A stretch of 64,000 nucleotides of DNA, taken from NCBI GenBank assembly GCA_963806225.1, contig CAWDXG010000004.1:2912001-2976000 (forward strand). The letters run 5' to 3'. Source of the DNA: an uncultured delta proteobacterium. GTDB lineage: Bacteria > Myxococcota_A > Polyangia > Polyangiales > Polyangiaceae. Position numbers and translations under genes: made by a program. Within the stretch, counting starts at the first letter, position 1, and the number at the start of each line of letters is the position of its first letter. Shown in pieces: positions 40,481 through 51,811 of this stretch. A model generated the notes under the pieces. The model had not been told where the DNA came from and did no database searches. It saw nothing but the letters and a program-made list of their open reading frames with translations.

Positions 40481-41035
40481 ATGGATCGTCGATCGAAATT
40501 CCTGCCCCTCGCCGCGCTGGCGGTCCTGCTCACCGTCGCGCTGGTCGCGTCCGCCAAGCTGAAGAGCATCGGCACACCGGACGTGCAGTTCCTTGCCGTC
40601 GGGCCGGCCGGTTTGAAGATCGACGGCCACTCGTCCCAGCTCACCGCCTCCGAGAAGGACGGCAAGCTCAACGTGTTCGCACGGCTCACCCACCTGGAAA
40701 CGGGCATTTCGCTCCGCGACAAGCACCTGCGCCACTATCTCGACACCGACAAACACCCCTACGCAGTGCTCAGCGTCGAGCGCAGCAAGCTGAAGATGCC
40801 GGCCGACCACCAGGTCGCGCAGGCCAGCGCGACCGGCAGCTTCCGGCTGCACGGTGTCACCAAGCGGGTGGACTTCAAGTATCGCGCCAAGCGCATGGGT
40901 AGCGACTATCTCGTGCAGGGGCTCACCGAGGTCGACATCCGCGACTTCGGCATCGAGGTGCCCTGTTACCTGGGTGTGTGCGTGCACCCCAAGGTCAAGA
41001 TCAAAGTCAAGTTCAAGCTCCGCGAGATGCAGTAG
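40481..41035 (+). CDS. YceI-family lipid/polyisoprenoid-binding protein
   Basis: Signal peptide; LETGISLRDKHL, LHGVTK, IRDFGIEVP. Confidence 0.9.
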   Translation: MDRRSKFLPLAALAVLLTVALVASAKLKSIGTPDVQFLAVGPAGLKIDGHSSQLTASEKDGKLNVFARLTHLETGISLRDKHLRHYLDTDKHPYAVLSVERSKLKMPADHQVAQASATGSFRLHGVTKRVDFKYRAKRMGSDYLVQGLTEVDIRDFGIEVPCYLGVCVHPKVKIKVKFKLREMQ

Positions 41036-41107
41036 CCGTTCCTCTACGTGGCCAGCGCCCGGCAACGGGCTTGCGTTCGGGGTCCGGACCAACCGATAAC
41101 CGGACCG

Positions 41108-42466
41108 ATGCGTCGACGTGCTTCGCGTGGTCGGGGCCGCCCGTGCTCGAGCGGGCTCGGGCTGCTGTTGCTGCTGTGTGTTCCGGCGCTGGTCGTGCTG
41201 CTGCATAGCAGCGAGGCCCACGCCTACCCGTGGATGATCCGTCACGGCTACGGCGGTTGCAGCACCTGCCACATGGATCCCTCGGGCGGCGAGCTGCTCA
41301 CGCAGTATGGCCGCGCGCAGGGTGATCTGCTGCTGCGCATGCACTACGGCCATGCCACCGCGAGTCTGGACACGCAGAAGCAGGACAGCGGCGGCTTCGA
41401 CAGCTTCGACAGCTTCGGTAGCGATACCGGCGCGAAACCCAAGCCGAAGCCCGCTCCGCCTCCGCCCGAGGCGTCGGGGCCGAGCCCTAGCGCGGGTTTT
41501 TCTGGGGCTTGTTCAAGCCGCCGGACTGGCTGCTGCTGGGGGGAGCTACCGCCACATGACCGTCATCCGGCCCGCGCCGAAGTCTGGGCAGAAGGTGTTT
41601 GCGACGTTCCCGATGATGGCCGATGTGTACGGCGGGCTGCTCGTAGGCGGTTTCCGCGCCGAGGGCAGCATCGGAATAGCCAAGGTGCCCGCGGGCTCGC
41701 CGCACGCGCGCGCCGCGCAGATCACGACCAACCAGGGCAACCAGCTCAACCTGATCTCGCGCACGCATTGGTTCGGGGTCGTTTGCCCACGACAAGTACC
41801 TGGTGCGCGCCGGTCGCATCAATCTGCCGTTCGGTGCGCGCATTCCGGAGCACATCATGTGGGTGCGCGCTGCGACGCGCACCGACCGCGAGTCCGATCA
41901 GCAGCACGGCGTCGCGTTCGCGTACAACGGCGACGTGTTCCGCGGCGAGCTGATGGGCATCGCGGGCAACTACCAGATCAATCCGGATCGCTTCCGCGAG
42001 CGCGGCTACAGCGGCTACCTCGAGTGGATGCTCGCGGACCAGGCAGCGGTCGGCGTGAGCAGCCTGGTGACGTACGCGCGGGCAGACCAGAGCACGCTGG
42101 AGACCGCAGGTACCCTGCGCCAGGCGCACGGTCTCTTCGCGCGTTAGGCTCGTGCAACCGGTGGTCGTGCTGGCCGAGGGCGACGCGCTCATCAAGTCCC
42201 GCCACGACCTCGGCTACGTCGGCTTCCTCCAGGCGGACTACGAGCCTGTGCAGGGGCTACATTTCGTCGCCACCGGCGAAGTGCTCGACGAAGGCTTCGA
42301 GCCGGGCCTGGGCGCGCTGCGCGCTCCCGGCTTCGGCAAGCCGCGCTTCGGGGGTTGGCTGAGCGTGTTCTGGTTCTTCCTGCCGCATCTCGAGGCGCGG
42401 CTCGACGGCGTGGTCCGGCAGAACGACTCGTTCGAGCTCTTGACCCAGCTGCACGTCTATCTGTGA
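41108..42466 (+). CDS. Monoheme cytochrome c fused to a porin-like beta-barrel (frameshifted)
   Basis: AHA-YPWMIRHGYGGCSTCHMDPSGG right after the signal peptide; RAGRINLPFG; terminal strand LLTQLHVYL. Confidence 0.7.
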
Positions 42467-42494
42467 CCGCGGAGAGACGATCATTGCCGGAACA

Positions 42495-43030
42495 ATGTCA
42501 GCATCTCCGGCTGCCTTCGCGGCGCTTGTGGCAGCGGCATTCGTGCTGCTTCCGGCGCAGAAGGCTGCGGCTAGCCCTACCTATCCCGGCCAGTTGCAGC
42601 AGGACCTCGGGATGCCCTGTGCCCCGCCCTGCACCGTCTGTCACCGCGACACCAACGGCGGCATCGGCACCGTCGTCAAACCCTTCGGACAGGCCATGCT
42701 CGGCGCGGGAGTCAGGCCCCAGGGCCTCGCCGCCGCGGAACAGACGCTGGAGAAGAACGCCACCGACAGCGATTTCGACGGCGTGCCGGACATCCAGGAG
42801 CTGCGAACACGGGAGCGACCCCAACGGCGCCGGCGGCAACCTGTGCAGCGAGGGCCCGGCCTATGGCTGCGGCGCGCACATCGCGCGCGGCGGCGTGGCA
42901 AGCCTCGGCGCGCCGCTGGCAGCGATTGCGGGTATCGCGTCTCCTGGTCGGGCTGCGTCGGCGGCGTTGACGTCCTGCTCGCGATTTCGCTGCGGCTGGG
43001 CCGCTCGCAACAAGAGCCGAGGTGCATCAT
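42495..43030 (+). CDS. Surface monoheme cytochrome c with Ca-binding loop and MYXO-CTERM-like tail (frameshifted)
   Basis: Signal peptide; CTVCH; DSDFDGVPDIQEL; shifted frame GPAYGCGAHIARGG...APLAAIAGI. Confidence 0.6.
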
Positions 43031-43686
43031 GAGACGAGAGACGTTTTCCCGCAACCCGTCGAGCTCCGGTCTCGCGCCGTTCTTGCTCGCCGCGCTCTGA
43101 ATAGCGAGTGTCGGAGTTCTCCAGCTCGCAAACAGACCATTCCCGGTACGCAAGGTGCGCCCTGCGTGGACGGTGACCTCTGCGACTACGGTCTGACGTG
43201 CGTGTCGGGTACCTGCCAGCCCGGCTCGTGGGGAATCAGCGCGGGCGGTGCCAGCGGAGTCGACGGCGGCAGGGAGCGGCGGCACACAGGCTGATGGAGC
43301 GGGCGAGAGCCAGCGGCGGGAAGCTGGCGGCAGCACCGCCAGCGGCCGTGTGGAACCGCCAGCGGTGGAACCGGAGGCGCAGGCGCCACCGGCGGGACGA
43401 GCGCCACCGGCGGGAGCGGGTGGCACGGCTCCCACCGGCGGGACGGGTGGCCACCGGCGGCACGGGCGGGACGGGGCCAGCGGCGGCACGGGCGGGACGG
43501 GCAGCACCGGCGGGACGGGTCGCCGCCGGCGGAACAGGCGGTACAGGCGGTGCATCATGCGTCGGACTGCCGGCTCCTGGTGGTCGCTGCAACATTGGTT
43601 TCTGCTACTGCGCGTCGACAAGAACGAGTGCTACCCGCACTGTGCGACCGCGGAACTACTGCCCCGGAACCCTGCAATGCAAATGA
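43029..43686 (+). pseudogene. Cys/Gly-rich exported protein (frameshifted)
   Basis: APCVDGDLCDYGLTCVSGTC, GGT linker, terminal CNIGFCYC...YCPGTLQCK. Confidence 0.5.
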
Positions 43687-44049
43687 GCGGCGTCGTCTAT
43701 TCCATCGCTTGCTGATCGCTGGTATCGGTCGCGGCAAGCGGTCTGGTCATGGCGGCGAGCTACTCGAGCGGGCAACAGCCGGCGCCCCAGCCGGCACGTC
43801 CTGTAAACCGGTCCTGCGACTCAATCCGTACGCAGCTCTTTTCGACACAGTCGTCGCTCTCGGGCGGCGCGTGTCACCGCGGCGGAGCACTCCCGCACGG
43901 GTCGCCATGAATATGTGGACCGCCGACCTCGAGAGTCTGCTGGTGAACGCGCAATCCGGTACCTGCACCAGTTGACTGCTCATCAGATCCAGGACGGCCG
44001 CGCCGGAACAGTCCCCTGCTGTGGCCGAAGCTGTACTCGGACTAGCCGC

Positions 44050-45290
44050 CGTGCGGAGCGACGATGCCACTGGGCAGTCGCATCTTCCGGCGACCCAGCT
44101 GGCGTGTGTTCGCGATTGGATGAAGAACGCAGCCCGCGCGGCGTCGCGCGGCCAGGCTGCGAGTTGTGTGGCAGGAACAGCGTACCGTGGACCTGAAGTT
44201 ACCGACGCGAGCCACTGCGGCGAGTGCGACACGGCCTGTCCGGCTGCGAATGCTGCGTGCGTGGACGACGCGGGGAGGTGCAGCGGCTCGGGCAACCCTG
44301 ACCGCGTGCGGCGCGCACTGTGTCGACGTGGAGGCGGACGCCAGCACTGCGGAATGCGTGCGAGGCCCTGCCCGAGCGGGGCGCTGTGCAACGTGGGACA
44401 ATGCGTCTGCCCTCTCGGGGCTGGACGTGTGCGCGGCAGCGCTATCTGCACCGATAGCGAGCTCTGACGCCGCCAACTGTGGCGGCTGCGGGAAGGGCTG
44501 CGCGTCCGGCGAGGTGCTGCCTGAACGGCGCCTGCGCGACCGGCTGCGGGCTGGCTGACCCAGTGCGGGCTCCTGCTGCGCGGACACTGAGAGACGGCAG
44601 GTTCAACTGCGGCGCTTGCGGCAAGACCAGTGCTCGCTCGGTGCGTCGTGCGTCGGCGGGACGTGCGCTTGCCCGCTGCCGGCGACGTTTGAGCTGCGAC
44701 AACACCTGTCTGAACACGTACTCGGATCCGGCCAACTGCGGCGCCTTGCGGGAGAGCTTGATCAAGCGGGCTGGTGTGCAAGCCCGGTCGAAAGCGCGCC
44801 TGCGCGAACGGCAGAACGCCGTGCGGCGGAAAGCTACATCGACACGAACGCTGATCCCTGTTCGAAGCTGCGGCAGCTGCAGTGTTGCGTGCGGCGCGGG
44901 ACAGACCTGCGCGAGCGGGAAGTGCGCGTGTGCGGCAACTGGCGGCTCGGCTTCGTTCGCCGACCGAGGTGCGGCCGATCTTCACGTGAAGCTGTCGCGT
45001 TTCCATGAATGCCGCCACAGTGGATAGAAGCCGGGCGAAGGACATGAATCTGTGTGCGGGCGACGCGTACAAGAACCTGGTCAACGTGGCATCGAAGGAA
45101 TGCAGCGGCGGAAGCTTGCGCGTGGCGCTCGAGGACCCCTCGCAGAGCTACGTCATGAACGAGCTGCTCGGCGTCTCCCTGTACTTCGGCACGCAGATGC
45201 CGAAGGTCGGCGCCGGCAGCTGCGCCAGTCGCAGCTTGACCTGATTGGCTTTCGCTGGATCTGCAGCTGGCGCGCCGAACAACTCGGCTG
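44050..45290 (+). pseudogene. Cys-rich repeat (DxxNCGxCG) protein with C-terminal cytochrome c-like domain; heavily frameshifted
   Basis: DASHCGECD, DAANCGGCG, DPANCGA; AYKNLVNVASKEC...DPSQSYVMNEL...MP. Confidence 0.55.
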
Positions 45291-45409
45291 ATCTTGAGCC
45301 ACGCCGGTCGCTCGCGACCACCACTTGATGAACCCGATCCTCGCCGAGGTCCAGCCGGCGCAGCGGAGAGCAGGGGCGCCGGCGCCGTTCCCGGGCCGTG
45401 CCTGCCTTC

Positions 45410-46341
45410 TCCGCGGCTGGAGGATGTGTGAGTCGCTTCTTCTTCGTCCTTCGAGTCGCTGGCGCGGCGGCCGCCGGTGCAGCGAGGCGCCAGTTGCAGC
45501 CGCTGCGACAACCAGTGCCGACGCAGGCGAATGGTGCCGGTGGGTGCCTGCAGCAGCGGCGGGCGTAGAAGCCGGCGCGAGAGCTGGCCTGACGCTTCCG
45601 GAGGCGACCGCCTGCACGCCGGCGGCGTACAGCCCGCGCGGCTGCGAGATGCAGACGGTGTTGAAGACGATCTACTACGGCAAGAAGATGCCAAGGCGGG
45701 CGAGGTGTGCCAGCGACGACAACGATGGTGTGCCGCACACAGCCCTGCACGCTCCAGACGACCCTGCCGCCCAGGGTGGACCTGCGGCCGAAGTCTCCGA
45801 CGGCTCGACGACGCTCGACTGCGGGCGACTGCGCCGATCCGGAGGCCTGCGGCGAAGCGAACCGCCGGAAGTCGATGCGCTCACTGCCTCGGGCATTTCA
45901 CTTCCCCGCTCGAGCGAGACTACGAGCAGCGTCCCGACGGTACGGCGGAACGCTCGACTGCGAACTGCGGCGCGCCTGACGTCCGGCGGACACAGTTCGA
46001 CAATGTATCCCGCTACGCCGAGACGACCTCGTAACAGCGCCCAACTGCGGCGTTGTCTCCGACGAATGCGGTTACGCTGGAACTGTCGGCGCATCACCTC
46101 CGAGACGTGCGGCGGCGGCGGCGAATCGAGGTGTGTAGGTGCACCGCCCTGCGGTGTGGAGCGGCGGATGCCGCCGGTCACCCGCAACGATGTCAGCGGC
46201 ACGATCGACTGCGGCAGTGCGGCGCGGACTGGTGCGTCGACGTGTGCACGCCTCGCCGTCGGCTCGCGCCTATCGACGGCTGTTCCTCGACCGCGCGACG
46301 ATCCACGTGCGCCGCAACTTCAACGATTCATCGACGTATGA
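45410..46341 (+). pseudogene. Cys-rich repeat protein remnant
   Basis: Scattered NCGxC-like and Gly-rich pieces in shifting frames. Confidence 0.35.
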
Positions 46342-46591
46342 CGCGCTGGCCCGTGCAGTCGCTGCCCCGCCGCACGTGTTTCCTCGCTGACAGGTCGCCA
46401 CGGTCCACGGCGCCACCGGCCCGCCGCAGGTCGACACGCTCGTCGAGGCGGCGCAGCGACTGGCGCGCGCTCGTGCCGCCGGGCGACAGCTCCACTCTCG
46501 CACTACTTCCGCCCGGTGCAGACGACGCCGCGCATGCGCCACAGTTGGCACGGGCGAGTCGTCAGGCCCGCGCCGGCCCCACCCGCAGCGA

Positions 46592-48208
46592 TCATTGACC
46601 GCGTTGACGAGGCGCGCGACCCGCCCGGCGCGCGAGCTCGCCGCTCGCGCGACTCTTCCCGCCGAGCCGCCGCAGGTCGGCGACGCTGCTGGTGGAGACG
46701 CACTTCCATTGCACTCGAGCAGCGCCCCAGGCGCGCGCAGCTGCCCCCGCTGCAAACCCTGCGGTCCGCGAGCGTTGTACAGGCGGTTCGCCGCGTTCGC
46801 CGGTCGACGCCAGCGCCGAACGCGGAGCCGTGCCGCACCTGCGCGCGCCGAGCTTCCCGCCCACTGCAGGCGACCGAGGCGGGCAGACGTCCACAGGCTG
46901 CCACAGTTCCGCCGGATCAGTGCCGAGGGTGACTCCAGGCCGCTCGCGCGGCTGGTCGTGCCCGGAACCACAGCTGCGCGCTGCACGTTCCAGCCGTCCA
47001 CACCTGTCCGAGCCGGCAGGCATTGCCACCAGTGCCGCAGTTGCCTCCGCTGGTGGGCGAGGTCGACGCCGGTACCGCCCGCGATTCCGTGCATGCCGAG
47101 CGGACAGCGCATCGCCGCTCTGGCGTGCCAGCACCCCACGCGCGGTGCCAGCCGCTGGCAGCTCGCCGGATCGACGGTGCGCAGGTCGACGGCAAGCGCC
47201 GTTGCATTCCACGAGCGGAGCCGAGCAAGCTGCCAGGCAGGTACACGTCGTTGCGGCCGGCCTGACCCGCCTGGCACTGCGTGCCGGCAGCACCGGCAGT
47301 TGGCCGGGTCATGTGCTAGTGGCGGTACAGGTGCTGCCGCAGAGCGTCTGTCCGACCGGACAGGTGCACGTGCCACCCGTACAGGCCGCACCCGCGGGGC
47401 AGACCGTCCCGCAGCTTCCACAGTGCATCGCGCTCGATGAAAGATCAGCGCAGGCTCCGTTGCAGCTCGTCTGGCCGGCAGCGCACTCTGCGCTGCACAC
47501 CCCCACGCTGCACACCTGACCCGCCACGCACACGTGGCCGCACGCGCCGCAGTTCGCCGGGTCCTCGGCAAGCGTCACGCAGACGCCGTTGCAGGCGGTC
47601 TGGCCGGGCGCGCACGCGCAAGTGCCGCTGGTGCAGCTTTTCCACCCTTGCAGGCGTTGGCGCAGCTTCCGCAGTGGTCCCGGTCGGAGACAGGTCCACG
47701 CAGCTTCCGTAGCAATTCGCCAGTCCGGAACCGCAGCTCGTAGCGCAGTGCCCCGAGTTGCACACCTGGCTTACTCCGCACACGTTTTCGCAACTTCCGC
47801 AGTTCAGCGGATCGGTAGCAGACGTCGTGCAACTGCCGCTGCACTCCGTCTGACCCGGACGGCACACGCACGCGGACAGGACGCAGCTCTGGTCGCCGGG
47901 GCAGGCGGTGCCGCAAGCACCGCAGTTGAGCGAGTCGGAAGTCAACGAGACGCACTGTCCGTCGCAGCAGGTCTGTCCGTTGCCGCAGGCGACGCAGCCG
48001 CCCTCCTGACCGCGTCGGAGGCGTCAGGCGGCACCACCGCGTCGGTACCCCCAGCTCCGCCCGCATCCAGAGTTCCCGCGTCGGCGCCGCCCGCAGAGCC
48101 ATCCGCGTGCCCCTGGGCGGGCGCGGTGATCGCATCCGCAAGCGACTTGCCGCAGCCCGCAAGCGCAAGCAGCAGCACGACACCCCACCAGCGCGAGGCG
48201 AGGGTCAC
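46592..48208 (-). pseudogene. Cys-rich repeat lipoprotein (DPxNCGACGxxC), heavily frameshifted
   Basis: VTLASRWWGVVLLLALAG-C; SDSLNCGACG, DPLNCGSC, DPANCGACG. Confidence 0.7.
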
Positions 48209-49223
48209 CAGCGCACCCCGAGTCCGCCCGTGCCCAGAAGCGTCGGATGTCCGCCCTCCGCCACCGTGTCGCCGGCAAATCGCACACCGACACCAGGTAG
48301 CAGGTACGCCGCGTCGAGCTCGAGCGACAGCATCACGGGGCCGAAGAGCGCGTAGGACAAGCCCACCCCGCCCACTACGGCCGCGCTCCACGCCTGACCG
48401 CTCGCGTCCCCGTACGGCGCTCTAGCACTTCCGCGAGCTCCGAGATGGTAGGCGCCGACTCCGAGCTCGGCGAACGGGGCGAGCGCCTCGTCCGGCCAGG
48501 GCTCGTAGCGCGCCTGGATCGCCAGCAGCTCCTGGTCGACCGTCGCGCTGCCCGCGGCTCCGCGCACCGTCCCCAGCGCAGGCCCCCAGGCTCGACTTCC
48601 GCACCAAGATGCCGCATCGGCCGCCAGCCGAACGCGAGCGCTGGAGTCACGCTCGCGGGCAATCTGCGGGTCCCGCCATCACCGCAGCCCCGGCGCGCAG
48701 CTCGTTGCGATGCGTCGGAGTGGGCTGGACCGGCGGCTCCACCCATTTCCTGGAGCTCGGGTGTGGGCGCCAGCTCACCACGAGGACGGTGCTCGTCGTT
48801 CAGCTCGAGCAGGCTCGCCCGGAGCAGCTCCACGGCACGGATCGCGAAATCGCTGCGGCGTCGCGCGTCCCGGGCTCGACGTCGACGCGCCTGAGCAGTG
48901 TCTTCCCGGTGACCCGGTCGGTAATCCACACGGCAGCATCCACGCCGCTGACTAGCGGTTGGACAACGGCGATGGCCGCGATGCTGTGCGTGTCGCGCGC
49001 CGCGCGCTCGAGGTCGGCCGGGTCGGTGGCGCTGCTCCTGACGGCCACGACAGAAAACCCCGCAGCGCCGAGCTCGGAACGCAGCCGGATCTCGACCGGG
49101 CTGCGCTGATCCTCGTCGGTGCGCGGCAGCAGGATGGCGACGCGAGGGAGCGCCGCCGCATCGACAGCCGCAGCGTCATACCCACCAACGCCAACAGCGC
49201 GAGCCACTGCCTCGAGGGTTCAC
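48205..49223 (-). CDS. Exported/outer-membrane protein of the ECF-FecR cluster (frameshifted)
   Basis: RLRSELGAAGF...AIRAVELLRASLLEL...GLGVRW barrel-type terminus; GTGA coupling to the next gene. Confidence 0.6.
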
Positions 49224-50516
49224 AATCTCCCGGGCGACCCCTGCGTAGGGCCCGTTCGGGAAGCGCCTCAGGTAGTCGCGGGCGGCGTCCTCGCTCTGTG
49301 CAACGTTCCCGAGATGCTTGAGCGCCAGCATGCGGCGCCCGAGCGCTTCAGCGGCAAGGCCACCGCCGGGCGCCTGCTCGAGGTAGGTATCGTACCAGCG
49401 GAGCGCCTGCGCCGGGCTGCCCCCGTCGTCCGCCATGCGCCCGAGCAGGAACGCGGCCGACACGCCACGCGCCGACCCTGGAAAGCGCGAGCGCAGCTCG
49501 AGCAGGGCACGACGCGCCAGCGCACCGTCACCCGTGTAGCGCGCCGCGTCGGCCAGCGCCGACACATCGTCGACGCTGCCGCTCGACAACACGGCGCCGA
49601 TGCCGCGCTGGCGGGCGAGAGCCAGCACTTGCTTGTAGTCGCCCTGCGCGATGAGATGACTGAACGACGGCGGCGCTGGCGTCGGTGGAGGCGTGGCCGG
49701 CACGGGCGCGGACGCCGCGGCCGGTGGCGTCGTGTCGCGATCGCGCACCGGCGATGCGTCGCCGTGGCGCACCGCAGGCGCGATCGCAGCGGGTGCCACC
49801 GTCGTGGCAGCTGTCCCGGGCGGCGGAGCCGCGGACCCTCCGGGCTGGCCTGGCGTGGATGCGCCGTCAGGCCTGGGCGCCGTTTCGAGTCGCGCATGGG
49901 ACTCGCTGCTGAAGCGCTGGTGATCACGCACGACCACGCCGGGCTCCGCGCCCGGTCCGCGCACGACCACCGATCCCGATTGCATCACGATCTCGAGCAT
50001 ACCGGCGGGATCCCAGCTCAGGCGGAAGGCCGTGCCGGTCACGCGCACCAGGTAGGGACCCGCGACGAAGCTCCACCTGGTATCGGCCCGATGCACGACG
50101 TGCGCCTGGATACTGCCGGATTCGACCTGCACCGAGGCGCCGTCCGCGGTCGTGCTCGCGACGCGGGCACGCGCACCCTGTTCCAGCGTCACGACGCTGC
50201 CGTCGGAGAACCTGAGCGGAAGCTCGCGGCCGACACCGACAAGGTAGGCCCCCACTGCGCCAGGATCGTCCCCCGCACTGAACGCCAGCCGCTGGGTTCC
50301 GGGAAGCAGCGAGCGCCACGCCACGACGCAGGCGAGCACCGCGACTGCCGCCGCAAGCGCCAGACTACGCACGTGGCGCCGGCGCGTCACCGCCGGTTGT
50401 GCGAGCGCTGCGGAGACAAACCGCCTTCGCGCAGCGGTGTGCGCGTCGTCGGCCACCCCGGGCGCGACCTGCTCGCGGATCAGCTCCGCGGCCCGGTTCG
50501 ACAGCTCCGCCTTCAT
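49176..50516 (-). CDS. FecR-domain anti-sigma factor with C-terminal TPR-like region
   Basis: TM helix; LRFSDGSVV, VRVTGTAF; YLRRFPNGPY; ATGA overlap with the sigma gene. Confidence 0.85.
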   Translation of the reverse strand: MKAELSNRAAELIREQVAPGVADDAHTAARRRFVSAALAQPAVTRRRHVRSLALAAAVAVLACVVAWRSLLPGTQRLAFSAGDDPGAVGAYLVGVGRELPLRFSDGSVVTLEQGARARVASTTADGASVQVESGSIQAHVVHRADTRWSFVAGPYLVRVTGTAFRLSWDPAGMLEIVMQSGSVVVRGPGAEPGVVVRDHQRFSSESHARLETAPRPDGASTPGQPGGSAAPPPGTAATTVAPAAIAPAVRHGDASPVRDRDTTPPAAASAPVPATPPPTPAPPSFSHLIAQGDYKQVLALARQRGIGAVLSSGSVDDVSALADAARYTGDGALARRALLELRSRFPGSARGVSAAFLLGRMADDGGSPAQALRWYDTYLEQAPGGGLAAEALGRRMLALKHLGNVAQSEDAARDYLRRFPNGPYAGVAREIVNPRGSGSRCWRWWV

Positions 50517-51178
50517 GAGTCGCCCTCCTCCGGGTCGAGCAGAGGCCGCAACGCTGGATCGCTGCGCGCCATCGCCTCGAAGCGCCGCTCGGCGCGCGCC
50601 AGACGCCGCTTGACGGTGGCCAGCGAACAGCCCGAAAGGCGCGCAGCCTCGGCCAGCTCGTGCCCCTCGACCCGGCGCAGCACGAACGCGATCCGGAGAT
50701 CCGGCGACAGCCTGTCGAGAAGAGCGTAGGTGTGGCGGACTGCTTCGCCGACCGTACCGTCATCCGCATGCACGCCGAGCTCGGGCTCTGGAACGCTAGC
50801 GAGCGGGATCCAGCGACGGAACGCGCGCCGGCGCAGCTCGTTGCGCGCCGTGCGGACGGCGACACTGTAGACAAAGCTGCGCAGCGCCGATGGCTCACGC
50901 AGCGTATGACAGCGCTTGACCACGACCAGGAACGCGTCCTGCGTCAGGTCGTCGAGGTCGCACTCGCTGCCCAGCGTGCGCAGCAGCGCGCCGCGCACCA
51001 TGCCGGCAAATCGGTCGAAGAGCTCGGCGTAGGCGGCTGGCCTCTCCTCCTGCAGGTGCGCGACGAGCTCGGCGTCGTCGGAATGCGCCGACGGCAGCGA
51101 CACGACGCGGCCGGTCTCTACCTGCGCGGTGGAGCCGGCGCGTTGCCGATCCGGACTTTCGCTTTCCCGAGGTACCAT
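50513..51178 (-). CDS. ECF RNA polymerase sigma-70 factor
   Basis: DDLTQDAF, VAVRTARNELRRR, SLATVKRRLARA. Confidence 0.92.
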   Translation of the reverse strand: MVPRESESPDRQRAGSTAQVETGRVVSLPSAHSDDAELVAHLQEERPAAYAELFDRFAGMVRGALLRTLGSECDLDDLTQDAFLVVVKRCHTLREPSALRSFVYSVAVRTARNELRRRAFRRWIPLASVPEPELGVHADDGTVGEAVRHTYALLDRLSPDLRIAFVLRRVEGHELAEAARLSGCSLATVKRRLARAERRFEAMARSDPALRPLLDPEEGDS

Positions 51179-51238
51179 GAGCTGCCGAAGGCAGTGTATC
51201 AGCCGGCTGGGGACGGCTCACCGAAGTCGGCATGACCG

Positions 51239-51254
51239 TGGCACGCCCGTTGCT
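51239..51254 (+). promoter_or_regulatory. Sigma54 -24/-12 promoter
   Basis: TGGCACG-CCCG-TTGCT, an exact consensus match; GGAGG and ATG 51267 downstream. Confidence 0.65.
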
Positions 51255-51266
51255 CCCGGAGGCGCC

Positions 51267-51506
51267 ATGGCGTGGAAGACGCCGGCTTTGCTTGTAGTTC
51301 TTGTCGTCGCGTGGTCCGCGCCGGCGCTTCCCCCGTCTCCTCCTCCGCCTCCCGGCGCCGCGCCTGCCCGGTCGCCGTCGTGCCGATACCGGGTCGCGCT
51401 CGCGCGGGTCTCGCGCTCGGCAGGACGTTCCGAAGCCGGAGATCCGGACGTGATACCCTCCGGCGCGGGATGGACGAGTCTGAGGTTCGGGATCTGGAGG
51501 CGCTGA
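51267..51506 (+). CDS. Small exported Pro-rich protein (possibly a remnant)
   Basis: RBS GGAGG; MAWKTPALLVVLVVAWSAPA signal-like N-terminus. Confidence 0.4.
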   Translation: MAWKTPALLVVLVVAWSAPALPPSPPPPPGAAPARSPSCRYRVALARVSRSAGRSEAGDPDVIPSGAGWTSLRFGIWRR

Positions 51507-51811
51507 CGGCGAAGCTGCCGACGAAGGTCGGCGGCTTTGCGCTCGCCATCACGGGCATCTTCACGGTGGTGCTCGGGCTGCAGACCTGGGCGGTGCTGTA
51601 CCTGCACGGCTGGATCACGATCGTGCCGGCGCGTTGGTAGGACAAGCGACCTTCAGTGGACGCGGGATGGCGCGAGCGCCGTCGGGAAGGAGCTCTTCGG
51701 AGCCGAGGCGGTGGTGCGCAGCGAGCGCGGGACCGACTTGTTACACCCGCAAGGCGTTCGGTGGGCGGGCTGGCGCTCTGGCGCACAAAGCTCCGCCTCG
51801 CGCTCGCGCCT

